DNA of 64,000 bases from an uncultured Gemmatimonadales bacterium (GCA_963798915.1 CAWCVB010000003.1:96001-160000); one strand, 5' to 3'. Positions 39,952-52,000 are shown, counted from the first letter of the stretch. Notes: generated from the sequence alone by a model not told the origin. A program made the numbers and translations.

Positions 39952-42945
39952 TCAAAATGCCGGCTCAAAACTGAAGGTCCAGCGGAACGCCACCGGCTTG
40001 AGCGTATCGCGGTCCTCGGCAAGGTCCTCCCGATCCACCCACAAGGGGAAGTCCATCCGGGTTTGAAAGTCGGTCTGACCGATCCGGTGGTTTGCCCTCA
40101 GGCCCACACCCGCATCACCGGTGAGCCGGGCGTTGCCGGTGGCAGGGTTGGCGAGGTCACCGTTGGCCAGGGCGCCATCACCGAACAGCGCGAGCGAAAC
40201 GTTCCGGAAGAGGCCGCCGCCACGGCGTCCGTAGAGGCGCGCGGCGAGTTCCAGGTTGAGCGCGACCAAGTCCGGCGCCGCGAGCGTGTGGTCCAGCCCG
40301 CGCACGTTGCCATCGCCCGGCACCTGATAGTGGATGTCTTCCTGACGGAAGAGCGAGCCGCGCGACCGGGTGAACGGGTTCCAGAGTTGCGCGTACGGCC
40401 CGGCACCGGCGAGGAACATCTGGCGCTGGCGAATTTCCGGGCCCTTCGTGGCAAAGGTGCCGGCAAAGAGTCGAGAGTCGAGCGTCAAGCGTCCAGCAAA
40501 TTCACGACGGGCGGTGGCTTCGATGGAACCGCGGAAGTAGGCGCCCAGCTGGCTACCGGTTCCGCCAGGCGCACCGAGGGCCGGATGCTGGTAGGCGCCG
40601 CCACCGGCGACACTGGTATGGAGTCCCAGCATCCACGCGCCCGTGCGCGTGGTGACGCCGGCATGCACTTCCAGTTCCGCCGAACCGCCGTCACTCCACG
40701 ATCCGGGCTCGAGGTAGGCAGGATCAGTGACGCCCACCCATTGCGCCTGCAGGCCGACAGTTGGACTGGTATGGCTCTGCAGCGAGCGATTCAGGTTCCA
40801 GTCGGCGCCGATCTTCGCAGCGCCTCGTCCTTCGACGTGCATCCCTTCGGCCTCGAGTGAGAGGCCGGGAGCGCGGAGCCAGGTCGGATTGCGGAACCGC
40901 ATTGCGATGTCGGGGTCGGTCTGGTCCAGGTTGTCTTCGTTGGCCCAGCCGGTGCCCATTGAAAATTGCGTCTCATTCTGCAGGAAGCGGCCGAGATAAT
41001 CGCTGCGTTCACGCAGGCCGATCGTAATGCCACCAGTCGAGTTGTACCAGATGGTGGGAGCAAAGCTCATGGCCAGCTTGTCACGATAGACCGGTTGCGA
41101 GAAGAACTTATCTACCCCCAGTTTCGCCGGGCCCGGGCCCGCAATCAGACTCTTCAGCGTAACGCCGTAGTGCCGTTCGTTGTTGAGCATGTTCCAGTCG
41201 TGGGTGCGTACTCGGGGATCCAGGCGGACGCGGTTCGGCTTGCCCGGCGTCGCAAGCTCCACCCACTCCTTCTCGGCGAGACCATCCACGCGCGTCGTCA
41301 CGGTGTCGTGGCCGGCCATGACGGCGACCTCCACCGGCAATCGTCCTTCCTCATGCCGCACCACCTCGACCCGCGTGCGCCACGTACCATCCGCCTGCCG
41401 CCTGCGGCGTACCCGCCCGATGCCATAATCGTAGAGCGGCGTGCCATGCAGCCACTGGCCAAAGAAGGTCGAGAGATCCATCCCTGACACTTCTTCCGCC
41501 ACGTCGCGGAACGCTGCCTCGTCCACGTGGTGCAGCTGCCAGCGCTGGTAGAAGGTCCGTAGTATCCGGCGCATGGTGTCGTCGCCCACGATATAGCGCA
41601 GAAACTCATAGAACATCTGGCCACGGGTGTAGATGGCAATGTTGTAGCTGGTGAAATCGCGATACTCCTCGCTCACAAGACTGGTGGGCTCGCTCATCCC
41701 ATCGAGGTCCAGATTCAGAATGAACTGCTCGGTGCCAGGCCACTGATCGCGCCCCGTGGTTGCCTCCGCGAACCAGGCCGACTGGAAGCTGGTGAACCCC
41801 TCGTCGAGAAATCCTTCGCGCCACTCGTTGTTGGCGAGGATGCCCATGGTGTAGTTGTGCCCCAGCTCGTGGACGATGAGTCCCTGCCCCGCGGAGCCGT
41901 TGTGGATCATCATGGGGAATTCGGTGCCGCCGCCTTCAATCCGGTGCACGTTGGTGATCTGGGGCCAGGCAAACTTTCCATACAGCGAATCGAGCCAGCC
42001 GAGCGCGATCTCAGTGCGCTTGACCGCCGTGGCACTGCCCCAGCTCTTCTCGTCACCCGGCTGATAGAGCACATGCACCGCGACGTCCTTGTACCGCCCA
42101 CCTTCGTAGCGATAGTCCGGCGACATGGACATGGCAAAGTGGTGGACGTCATCCGCGAACCAGACGAGGTGCTTGCGGCCGTCCGACACGGGCCGGCAGG
42201 CGTCACTGAGCGATGCCGTGGCCGCCCCGTAGAAGTCTCGCTGGTACTCGACCGGCGCGTCCTTCAGCTGGTTGGCGCGCTCCCAGCCTGGGTCGCCGCA
42301 GACCGGCACGCCAGTGGCGCCCACGACCTGGTCCTCGGGTACATCGAGTCGCACCGTGAACGACCCGAATTCGCCGTAGAATTCGCCGGCGGGATAGAGC
42401 GGATGCTCTTCCCAGCCAAACCGATCGTAGACCACCACCTTGGGATACCACTGCGCAAAGTCGAAGTGCCGGCCGCGCCGGCCCTGCCGCCTCGGCACGG
42501 TCGAGGGACGGGCATCCCACTCCATCTCGATATCCATCGACGCCCCCGGTGCCAGCGGCCGAGGCAGTTGGAAGCGGACAATGGTGCTGTCGGGTGCGAA
42601 CGGATAGGTCGCCACCACTGGCTGGCCCATGATGCGGACGTTCCGCACATGGTTGAAGGCGTAGTCGGGGTCCTGGAGATCGTTGAAGCGGCGACGCCCT
42701 TCCGCGGAGTCCGCATCGGACCAGCGGGAACCCGGGCGGAAGGCATTCAGATAGAGATGAAGCGCAAACGACGCGAGACTGTCGGGCGAATGATTGGTGT
42801 AGGTGATCCGCTCAGTACCCCCCAACACTCCCGCTGACTCGTCAAGCCGGGCCGAGATGTCGTACGCTACATGCTGCTGCCAGTAGGGAGTCCTCGGGCC
42901 GGCATGCTGCTGGACGAGCGAGATGGCGAGAAGGAATGGAAGCAT
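39952..42945 (-). CDS. M1 family aminopeptidase with long C-terminal extension
   Basis: Signal peptide; GGTEFP, HELGH...DEGF. Confidence 0.85.
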   Translation of the reverse strand: MLPFLLAISLVQQHAGPRTPYWQQHVAYDISARLDESAGVLGGTERITYTNHSPDSLASFALHLYLNAFRPGSRWSDADSAEGRRRFNDLQDPDYAFNHVRNVRIMGQPVVATYPFAPDSTIVRFQLPRPLAPGASMDIEMEWDARPSTVPRRQGRRGRHFDFAQWYPKVVVYDRFGWEEHPLYPAGEFYGEFGSFTVRLDVPEDQVVGATGVPVCGDPGWERANQLKDAPVEYQRDFYGAATASLSDACRPVSDGRKHLVWFADDVHHFAMSMSPDYRYEGGRYKDVAVHVLYQPGDEKSWGSATAVKRTEIALGWLDSLYGKFAWPQITNVHRIEGGGTEFPMMIHNGSAGQGLIVHELGHNYTMGILANNEWREGFLDEGFTSFQSAWFAEATTGRDQWPGTEQFILNLDLDGMSEPTSLVSEEYRDFTSYNIAIYTRGQMFYEFLRYIVGDDTMRRILRTFYQRWQLHHVDEAAFRDVAEEVSGMDLSTFFGQWLHGTPLYDYGIGRVRRRRQADGTWRTRVEVVRHEEGRLPVEVAVMAGHDTVTTRVDGLAEKEWVELATPGKPNRVRLDPRVRTHDWNMLNNERHYGVTLKSLIAGPGPAKLGVDKFFSQPVYRDKLAMSFAPTIWYNSTGGITIGLRERSDYLGRFLQNETQFSMGTGWANEDNLDQTDPDIAMRFRNPTWLRAPGLSLEAEGMHVEGRGAAKIGADWNLNRSLQSHTSPTVGLQAQWVGVTDPAYLEPGSWSDGGSAELEVHAGVTTRTGAWMLGLHTSVAGGGAYQHPALGAPGGTGSQLGAYFRGSIEATARREFAGRLTLDSRLFAGTFATKGPEIRQRQMFLAGAGPYAQLWNPFTRSRGSLFRQEDIHYQVPGDGNVRGLDHTLAAPDLVALNLELAARLYGRRGGGLFRNVSLALFGDGALANGDLANPATGNARLTGDAGVGLRANHRIGQTDFQTRMDFPLWVDREDLAEDRDTLKPVAFRWTFSFEPAF

Positions 42946-42994
42946 GGGTCGAGGGTCGAGGGTCGAGGGTCGAGGGTCGAGGGTCGAGGGTCGA
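42946..42994. repeat. (GGGTCGA)7 perfect heptamer array
   Basis: Read directly; degenerate inverted units at about 43045-43070. Confidence 0.92.
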
Positions 42995-43077
42995 GGCCAA
43001 AGATAACCCCAAGAACAAAGGGCTCCGGTCCTGTACCGAAGCCCTTGACTCTCGACTCTTGACCCTCGACGGCACAG

Positions 43078-43611
43078 CTATCTCACCAATTGCCGCCGAA
43101 GTCTCACCATTCGCCGGCGCACCGAGCCATCGTACACCCGCTCGCCCACCCGCACGATGGTGCCACCCAGGATGTCGGGATCCACCGTGAAGACAGGCAC
43201 GACTTCCTTGCCCAGCGCCCGCGCCAGCGCAGCGCGAATCGCCTCCCGGGCTCCCCCGTCCGGATCCCTGGCTACCACGACGCTGGCCCGCACCCGGTTG
43301 AGCTTGACGTCCAGCATGGCCAGATAGGCATCCGCCATCTCGCCAAAGAGCGCTTGCCGTCCGCGGCGCACCACCACCTGCAGGAAACGGACGAATTCCT
43401 TCGGGGCATCCGGCAGCGCGCGGCCCAGCAGGTCGGCCTTGGCAGCCTTGGTAACGCGGGGCGATACCAGCACCGCCTCGACCTCAGGCGACGACATGAT
43501 GGCGTCCGCTACTGCCCGGATCAGTCCTGCGTACTCCTCGGTGCGCCCACTCTGCTCGCCCAGCGTGAAGAGCACCTCGGCGTAATTCCGCGCCACCGCT
43601 GGCGCCCTCAA
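43078..43611 (-). CDS. atpH: ATP synthase delta
   Basis: ARNYAE, VDPDILGG...YDGSV. Confidence 0.93.
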   Translation of the reverse strand: MRAPAVARNYAEVLFTLGEQSGRTEEYAGLIRAVADAIMSSPEVEAVLVSPRVTKAAKADLLGRALPDAPKEFVRFLQVVVRRGRQALFGEMADAYLAMLDVKLNRVRASVVVARDPDGGAREAIRAALARALGKEVVPVFTVDPDILGGTIVRVGERVYDGSVRRRMVRLRRQLVR

Positions 43612-44150
43612 TTCTGCGACTCCAGCGTGGAGAGGTAGTCGGTCACCAACTTCCGGTCGGCATCACTGTCCAGTCGCTGGCGAATCAAGCGTCCCGCGGC
43701 CGCCAGCGAAAGATCGACGGCTTCGCGCCTGAGGTCGGCGACAGCGCGCTGGCGCTCGTCGTCGAGCTCCCGCCGGGCCCGCGCCAACAGCTCTTCCTGC
43801 TCGTGCCGTGCCTTCTCCAGCACCAGGGCGCGCTCCTTCTCGGCGGCCACCTGGGCCTCGCTCATCAGCTGGTGCGCCTGGCTCCGGGCATCTGCCAGGA
43901 GCTTCTTCTGCTCCTCCAGCACCCGCGCCGATTCTGCCCGGTTCTGGGCAGCGTCGGCGATCTGCTTCTCCAGTGCCTTTTCGCGGGCTTCCACCGCGCC
44001 CAGGATCTGGGGCCAGGCAAACTTCCACAGCACGCCCACCAGCAGGGCGAAGATGACGATGGTCCAGAACATCAGCCCGCCCTCGACCGTCAAGGGACCG
44101 GCCGCGGGCGCTTCCTGGGCTGGGAGGGCAGCTAGCAAGAACGTCGTCAT
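43608..44150 (-). CDS. atpF: ATP synthase F0 subunit b
   Basis: FWTIVIF..L..FAW TM helix then coiled coil. Confidence 0.92.
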   Translation of the reverse strand: MTTFLLAALPAQEAPAAGPLTVEGGLMFWTIVIFALLVGVLWKFAWPQILGAVEAREKALEKQIADAAQNRAESARVLEEQKKLLADARSQAHQLMSEAQVAAEKERALVLEKARHEQEELLARARRELDDERQRAVADLRREAVDLSLAAAGRLIRQRLDSDADRKLVTDYLSTLESQN

Positions 44151-44235
44151 GCAAATCTCCTGTAGAAGGCTAGACGGCTAGACGGCCAGACGGCTGGAAC
44201 ACACTCGCCGTCTCGCCGTCTCGCCAACTCGCCAA

Positions 44236-44553
<318 letters not shown>

Positions 44554-44754
44554 TCAGGTTGTGTGCACCCGCCGCCTGACGGGCCGACTCTCCGGATCGG
44601 CTGTCCCGCGGTGACCCGCCAGCGCCCTCACCGGGCAGCGGGCTTCCGCCACCGGTCGGTGGCGTACAATGCCGGGGCGGCGCGGATGCTCGGCGCCCCG
44701 AAGAGTCGTCGGTCGTCGGTCATCAGTCGACCGTTGACCGTCGACTGTCGACCC

Positions 44755-45720
44755 TCAGTGCGCTTCCTGCATCAGCCCGATGAATACCGACGTGAGCAGG
44801 GCAAAAACGTACGCCTGCAGGAAGGCAACGAACACTTCCAGCAGCATGATGCCGGTCGCCATGACGGCCGACGCGACGCCCACCGAATAGCTCTTGAAGA
44901 TGAATGTCAGCCCCACCAGGGCGAGCACCAGCACGTGACCCGCGGTCATGTTGGCGAACAGGCGGACCGCCAGCGCGAACGGCTTGGCCAGCTTCCCGAT
45001 GATTTCGATCGGGGTCATGATGATCAGCATCAGCGGCTTGAGGATCCATCCGGCGACGCCGCCGGGTAGCCCGTGCGGAAGAAAGAAGATGGTACCGAGA
45101 TACCCCTTCACTCCCAGCGCCTTCATGCCCGACAGCTCGATCACCAGGAACGCCACCACCGCCAGCGCCGCCGTCACCGAGATGTTACCGGTGGCGGTCG
45201 CGCCCCACGGCAGAACACCCAGCAGGTTCATCACCAGAATGAAGAAGAACAGCGTGAGGATGTAGGGTGCGAAGCGGGCCGAATGGGGGCCGGCGTTGGG
45301 CAGCACCACGTCCTGGCGCACCCAGAGCGCCATCGCTTCCATGGCACTGGCAAATCCTCTCGGCGGCCGGTTCTGCTGCTGGGCCCGGCGCACCGAGCGT
45401 CCGCTCATGATGAATACCAGCGCCACGAGGGCGGCCGCAAACATCATGAACACCGTATGCTTGGTGAGGCTCAGATCGACGGCGTACTTGCCGACGTGCA
45501 CCGGCTGCCAGTGAGGAAGATGGATGACCCAGCCAAAGGGCAGCTCGATCTCGTCGGAGTTGCCGATGTGGTGCAGGATGTCGATTTCGTCGCGCTGACC
45601 CCGCTCGGCTTCCAGCTGCCCGGCGGTCTCATGCTGCTGTGCGGCCAAGGGCGAGGCGGACGAGAGGCCCGCCAGGCCGAGAACGAGAATGAGGGAGAAC
45701 CAGCGCGTGAATCGCATCAT
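44755..45720 (-). CDS. atpB: ATP synthase F0 subunit a
   Basis: ALAVRLFANMTAGH, LQAYVF. Confidence 0.95.
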   Translation of the reverse strand: MMRFTRWFSLILVLGLAGLSSASPLAAQQHETAGQLEAERGQRDEIDILHHIGNSDEIELPFGWVIHLPHWQPVHVGKYAVDLSLTKHTVFMMFAAALVALVFIMSGRSVRRAQQQNRPPRGFASAMEAMALWVRQDVVLPNAGPHSARFAPYILTLFFFILVMNLLGVLPWGATATGNISVTAALAVVAFLVIELSGMKALGVKGYLGTIFFLPHGLPGGVAGWILKPLMLIIMTPIEIIGKLAKPFALAVRLFANMTAGHVLVLALVGLTFIFKSYSVGVASAVMATGIMLLEVFVAFLQAYVFALLTSVFIGLMQEAH

Positions 45721-45725
45721 GGCCG

Positions 45726-46088
45726 TCAGGTGCGAGGAAGTGCCGCCAGTGCCACGACGCCCTCGACCAGGAGGAGCGCCGTCAGCAGACCGGCCAGTGT
45801 CACCAGGAGCGGGGTCGCTGCCAGTCCATACGCTGGGCCGACCACCGCCGCCAGCAGTCCGATCAACATCAGCCGGCCCAGGACTCCGAGGCCCCAGACC
45901 AGCAGGAATCGCTGGGTACCGACTGACCGGATCACCCACCAGCCTAGCGGCCCCTGCACCAGGACCGACGCCAGGAGAGCAATCCAGACCGCGGGGTGGT
46001 CGGCCTCCGGCACCATGCGGAACGCCAAGGCCGCGCCGAACGCCACCACCATCAGGACCAGCGCAGGGTAGAGGTAGCGTGTCCTCAT
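45726..46088 (-). CDS. ATP synthase protein I-like membrane protein
   Basis: Four TM helices directly upstream of atpB. Confidence 0.7.
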   Translation of the reverse strand: MRTRYLYPALVLMVVAFGAALAFRMVPEADHPAVWIALLASVLVQGPLGWWVIRSVGTQRFLLVWGLGVLGRLMLIGLLAAVVGPAYGLAATPLLVTLAGLLTALLLVEGVVALAALPRT

Positions 46089-46332
46089 GACTCACCCCCG
46101 CCATCCTGCCCGCCCCTTGCCCGTCCTGCCCGACTTGTCGAATCAGCGACCACATGGTGCCTCCGAAGCCCAGAAAGGCGCCCACAATGGTCAGCAGCGA
46201 GCCGGTTCCCAGCTTCCGGTCGGCCCACTGCCCTGCGTACAACCCGATCAACATCATGACGGCCAGTTGGATGCCCAGACCGGCAAAGCGCATGGGCGAC
46301 GGACCTTGGCCGCCCTTGGGGGTCTCTGGCAC
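46085..46332 (-). CDS. AtpZ/AtpI family protein; apparent frameshift in G run near 46113
   Basis: GLGIQLA...GQWADRKLGT; adding one G gives ...GQDGGGES* overlapping the next ATG. Confidence 0.75.
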
Positions 46333-46338
46333 GGGGCA

Positions 46339-46367
46339 AAATTACCCGCTTGTGAAATTTTTCGCAA
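46339..46367 (-). promoter_or_regulatory. atp operon promoter overlapped by Rex-like operator
   Basis: TTGCGA, 17 bp, TAATTT, 6 nt, GTG; TTGTGAA-ATTT-TTCGCAA at 46350-46367. Confidence 0.65.
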
Positions 46368-46648
46368 GCACATTACAGGGCGGGCGAGGCGGGCAGGGCG
46401 GCGAGACGGGCAGGTGCTGTTTCGAGCGTCATTCCCCGCGAAAGCGGGGAATCCATGAGGACCAACCCCGGCCATCGGCGCCCATACCGAGGTACGGCTA
46501 CCCTTCCGGTTTTCACTCGGACAAGCCCATCTTCCGGCATGCAGCGAAACCCCCGGTGCGCAGAGCCGTCTGGTGGAACGTCGACCGTTGACCGTAGACC
46601 GTCGACCGTCCAGCCGTCTAGCCGTCTAACCGTCTAACCGTCTACCAC

Positions 46649-47654
46649 ATGCCTTCAGCCCCAACTGCCATCGCCGACGACGTCCAGCAGCTCCAACGGC
46701 TGACCGCGCGCCGTGGCTGACCTCCGCCGCCAGGTCGCCCGGCGCATCGTGGGTCAGACGGAGATCGTGGATGGGATCCTCACCGCCATCCTGGCTGGGG
46801 GGCATGCCCTCCTGATTGGCGTGCCCGGCCTCGCCAAGACCTTGATGGTCCAGAGCGTGGCCGAGGCGCTGCGGCTGACCTTCAACCGGGTGCAGTTCAC
46901 GCCCGATCTCATGCCCAGCGACATCACCGGGACCGAGATCATCGAGGAAGATCTTACCACTGGCAAGCGGGCCTTCCGGTTTGTTCACGGGCCGGTCTTT
47001 GCCAATGTCCTGCTCGCGGATGAAATCAACCGGACGCCACCCAAGACCCAGGCCGCGCTACTGCAGGCCATGCAGGAGCACCGGGTGACTGCGGGCGGGA
47101 CAACCTTTCCGCTGCCGGATCCATTCTTTGTGCTGGCGACCCAGAATCCGATCGAGCAGGAGGGCACCTACCCGCTGCCCGAAGCACAGCTCGACCGCTT
47201 CATGCTGGAATTGCGGGTGCGTTATCCGTCAAAGGAAGAAGAAGAGCGCATCGTCGAGCGGACCACCGGCGAGCCGGAGGCCGCCATCACGCCAGCGCTG
47301 GATGCGGAATCGGTGCGTGCCATGCAGGCACTGGTGCGACGGATTCCGGTCTCGAAGGGCCTGGTGACCGCGGCCGTGTCGCTCACCCGCCGCACCCGGC
47401 CCTCGGAGCCCGATGCTCCCTCGGCGGTCAGGGAATTTGTCGAATGGGGCGCGGGGCCGCGGGCGTCGCAGTACCTGGTCCTGGCCGCCAAGGCCCGGGC
47501 CGCAATGGACGGCCGCCCCATGGCCGATCTCGATGATGTCGCCATCGTGGCGCCTTCGGTGCTGCGCCACCGGATCGTGACCAACTTTGCGGCCGAAGCG
47601 GCAGGGCGGACGAGTGAGGATCTGGTGGAGGAGCTGCTGAAGGCTGAAGGCTGA
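46649..47654 (+). CDS. MoxR family AAA+ ATPase; frameshift near 46710
   Basis: GVPGLAKT, RVQFTPDLMPSD, ADEINR, NPIEQEGTYPLPEAQLDRF. Confidence 0.9.
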
Positions 47655-47665
47655 AGCCTTCAGGC

Positions 47666-48730
47666 TCACAAGGGCAATGGCGGCCCTCCGCCGGCCAGCG
47701 CGATGATCGGATCGAACATCCGCAGCGGAATGAACAGCCCGAGGAAACTCACCCCGGCCGCCGACTCGAGCACGTCAGACTCGTCGCTGCTCAAGGTCCG
47801 GCCGTCGGTCGCCGTCAGCGTCTCGCCGTCATAGGTCGCCCAGGTGTCGCCGTTGACCTTGATCGTGAAGGTGAACGCATCGCTGTAGCCGGCCGATGCG
47901 GTAAGGTCCAGCCGCCCATTGGGACTCGTAATCGTCTCCGACAGCACGAAGGTTCCGGTGGCAGCGTCATCGTTGTAATTCCCGTTGAAATGCAGGTCGA
48001 ACGAGAAGTCGCGGCTGGGCATGTCCAGCGATGAGGTCATGTCAAAGGTGGACGTCCCCGTGTCGTTGGTGGACGCGTTGGCCGCAAAGTCCACATTGAG
48101 GCGCCCGGCTGGGAAGACGAGGTAGCCGGCCACGGCCAGCTCGCCCGAGGTTTCATCGCCGGTCACCTGCACCGTGTAATCCATGATCGTCGCGCTTCCG
48201 ACCACTGCCACCAGGCGCGCTTTCGAGGTGCTGCCGCTCGACAGGTCGGTGAGGTCGACATAGCCGGTTTCCACCAGCGGAGTGACGAACTGGCCTTCAG
48301 CATCCTGCTCATAGAGGATCACCCGGATGCCGTTGGCCGGTGCACCGGTACGGTCCGAGGCCACATACTCGCCAGTAGCATCATCGTAGACCCAGACTTT
48401 GCCGGCGGCTTCGGGGGGAATCGCCAGCGACGCGCTGATGGCCGGCGTGCTGATGCTGGAACGCAGTGTTGCCGCGACGGTGCGGGCGTCCTGCTGCCGG
48501 ATGGGGCGGCTGGCGAGCCGACCGACGCTCACGACGGCGGGCGTCCCGCCGAGCGAGGCCGAGACGCCGTCGAATGCCTGGAAAATGCTGTTGTCGCTGA
48601 CCCCACCGAATGTCTCGATGTCAGTGCCCATGGCGCTTGCATCGAATTGGCTGGGGCCGGAATCGCCACAGGCCGCGATCAGGGCCACGGACAGGATGGC
48701 GAGGGCCGCGCGGGTCTTGCAGAACGCCAT
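47666..48730 (-). CDS. Hypothetical lipoprotein
   Basis: IAAC lipobox; beta-rich body. Confidence 0.7.
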   Translation of the reverse strand: MAFCKTRAALAILSVALIAACGDSGPSQFDASAMGTDIETFGGVSDNSIFQAFDGVSASLGGTPAVVSVGRLASRPIRQQDARTVAATLRSSISTPAISASLAIPPEAAGKVWVYDDATGEYVASDRTGAPANGIRVILYEQDAEGQFVTPLVETGYVDLTDLSSGSTSKARLVAVVGSATIMDYTVQVTGDETSGELAVAGYLVFPAGRLNVDFAANASTNDTGTSTFDMTSSLDMPSRDFSFDLHFNGNYNDDAATGTFVLSETITSPNGRLDLTASAGYSDAFTFTIKVNGDTWATYDGETLTATDGRTLSSDESDVLESAAGVSFLGLFIPLRMFDPIIALAGGGPPLPL

Positions 48731-48877
48731 GACTCGGTCTCCTGGGTCGTGAGTCACGGGTCCCGGGTCGCGGGCCGCAAGACTCAGCGATAACACATGG
48801 TTAGCTCATTGGTGCCAGGCATTGCACCTTGGCGGATTGATCAGTGCCACCAAGGAGGGGCAATGGGTGGGCCATCA

Positions 48878-49024
48878 CAGGACGGGCAGGACGGGCAGGA
48901 CGGGCGGGACGGGCGCCGCGCGCACGTCGCCCTCGATCCGCGACGCTCGACGCTCGACGCTCGACGCTCGACGCTCGACGCTCGACCCACGACCCACGAC
49001 CCGCGACCCACGACCCACGACCCA
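48878..49024. repeat. Compound array: (CAGGACGGG)4, (CGACGCT)6, (CGACCCA)6
   Basis: Read directly. Confidence 0.92.
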
Positions 49025-49064
49025 TTTTACTCCCCGTTGACAATCCCGCTGCATATTGGTGCTC

Positions 49065-52000
49065 ATGACTGCGCGTTTTCAGCTCAGGTGCCTGGGTGAG
49101 CCGGCGTTGCTGCGGGCTGACGGCCAGGCCGTCCGGATCAAGGTGCGGAAGCACACCGCGCTGCTCATCTATCTGGTGCTGGAAGGCGACCGCCGCCACC
49201 GGCGTGAGAAGCTGGCCGAGTTGCTGTGGCCCAACTTGCCGGATGCCGATGGGCGGCACTCGGTCGCCACCGCCTTGACGTCACTGCGGGCGGCTTTCGG
49301 GCAGGAGGTCCTGGACAGCAACGGCAACGGCGTGCGCTGGAGCTTTCCCCACTTGGACCTGGACCTGCACCGGCTGCAGAACGGCCAGATTCTGGGCGAT
49401 GAGGTCACACCACCGCTGGATGTGGCAGCCTTCCTGGATGGTTTCGAGGTGCCCGACGCCGCTGGCTTCATGCTGTGGCGCGAGCAGCAGCGCGCCCGCT
49501 GGCATCCTTGCATTCGGGACGGCCTGGTCCTCCTCATGGACCGGTGCCGGCGCACCGGCGACAGCCAGCAGATCGAGCAGCTGGCCGATCGCATGCTGGC
49601 ACTTGACGAGCTCAGTGAGGAGGCAGTGCGGGCCAAGATGGAGGCCCGTGCCTTTGCCGGCGACCGGGTCAACGCCCTCAAGATCTTCGAAGCGTGGCGC
49701 GAGCGGTTGCAGGAAGAACTCGGCGCCGTCCCGTCGGAGCGGATTGATGGAATGGCCATGCGTCTCCGGAAGCGGAGCTGGGAGCGTGCGACCCAGCACG
49801 CCATTTCGCCGGTGCGCATTGACCAGTGGAAGGACCGCCCCTTCATCGGCCGGGGACGCGAGCACCAGCAGTTGTATGAGGCGTGGGAGCGCATGCAGCG
49901 CGGTGACGCAGGTCATGCCCACGTCCTGGGCGAGTCAGGCATCGGCAAGACGACCCTGGTGGAGCGCCTCTCCACGGCCGCGGGGCTGGAAGGTGCCTCA
50001 GCCGCTCGGGTTCAGTGCTACGACATGGAGCGGGAGATACCCTACGCGGCCATCGGTGGCTTGGTGCGGAGCCTGCTCGAGCGGCCCGGCGCCAGCGCCG
50101 CGTCGCCCGAGGCACTGGCCGACCTGGCACAGGCGGTGCCGGAGATTCGGCGCCGCTTCCCCAACATTCCCGCCGCCTCCGACAGCATCGGCGAAACTGC
50201 CCGCCTTCGGATCGCCGAGGCCCTGCATGAACTGGTCAGTGCCGTGGCCGACGAGCATCCGCTGGTGCTGGTCATCGACGACCATCATCTGGCCGACGAC
50301 GCGAGCCTGGCCCTGTTGCATCACCTGCTCCGGCGGGTAAAGGGCCAGAAGGTGATGATGGTCTTCATCGGACGCGCCAGCGAGCTGGGCCAGTCACCCC
50401 ACGCGGTGCGGCTCCGCGACAACTTTTCCCAGTTCGGCGCGATCACCCTCGAACTGACCCCCATGACGCCGGCGGAATGCGACCGGCTGGTTACGGCGTT
50501 GTGTCCGGAGCCCGATCGCCAGCCCAATGCGGCCACGCGACGGGCGCTGATTCGGTCCGCGCGCGGCTATCCGATGGTGCTCGAACTGCTCTGCCAGGAC
50601 TGGGAGGAGCGGGGGGAGCGCTCGTTGGCGCTGGCACTGGATGCGATGACCATCCAGCCCGACTCGGCGGCCGCGCCCGCCGAAACCTTCCGCCAGCTGT
50701 ACGAGCGGATTGCGCAGTCGCTCGATCCAGGTGCGCGCAATGTGCTCAATCTCGCGGCCATCCTGGGTCATCGGGTCAACGACATCAGCATGTATTCTCT
50801 CGCCGACCTGTCGCTGGGCCAGACGATGGGCGGCATCTCCCGGCTGACCGAGCTTCGGGTGCTCCGGGACGGCGGCGACGGGCTGGAGTTTGTCAACGAA
50901 CTGATCCGGACCCACGCCTACATGGGCGTGCCCAGCGCCATGCGGCGGGTCCTGCATGCGAGCATCGCCCAGCGCCTCATCGACAGTGAGCAGGAGGGCA
51001 CCGAGGTGATGGGGCTCGAGATTGCCTGGCATTGCATTCGTGGCGGGCGGGTGGAGGAGGCAGTGCCCTACCTGCTGCGCGGCGCCCGACAGGCGCTGCA
51101 ACGCGGGGCACCGCACTCGGTTGAGCTGGCGCTCTGTAGTGCCACGGCAGTGCTCAGCACAGCTTCCGACCGGGCCTCTGCCGCGTTGCTAGTAGTCGAG
51201 TCTCTGCAGGAACAGGGGGAATGGGATCGCTCTTTGGTTGAGCTCGAAACACTAGAGACGCACAGCATCACTTCTTTTGAATGGATGAGAGAGGCCCAGA
51301 TTTGTGCAGCTAACTCAGCGCTCTACAGATACGATGAAGCACAGGCCATCACGATGGCGGAGCGCCTCGTTGGCGCGATTGCGCAGGTAGATGACCCGTT
51401 CACCAGCGCCGCATTGGCTAGGGCAACATCGGGCCTAGTCCTCTCGACGCGAAGTCCGGTCCTGGCCGCAAATACACTCGAAGCTCTAGCTTGCTTCGAT
51501 TCGAAAATGCTTCAAAGCCCGGGGCGGCAGGACTGGCTACTGGCTCAACTGAGAATTCGGCTGATGGTCGGGGAGACTGACGAGCTAGAGCATTCACTCA
51601 AGTCGCTTTCGCTCGAAATGGTGGAAACAAAGACAAGGAGCAGCTCCGCAGCAATGCTTGCGATCGGCCGGGGAGGTTTCTGCTGCGCTACTGGTCGCTA
51701 CCAAGAGGCGTTAGATCACTTCGACAGCGCCTTGAAGATTGCAATCGAACTTGGTAATAGCTCGCTGATCGCTTCGGCGAATGCGAATCGAGCGCTTTGT
51801 TTTGGGATGCTTGGTGACTTTGTCCAGCAGGTGCTTTGTGCGAGCGAAGCCTTAGCGCAAGAGCGTCACGTCACCGGCTCCTATCGGCAGATATTGGCGC
51901 GCTATCATGTGGCAGTCGGCAACGCAATGGGTGGTCGACAATCTGAGGCTTTGTCGGCAGCGAGAGGGCTGGAGGGCTTGGCTCTGGAGAGTGCGCCAGC

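Noticed and set aside
44755..46332. 525-aa AtpZ-AtpB fusion ORF
   Set aside because: Middle part is off-frame over the AtpI-like gene; one missing G in a G run explains the read-through
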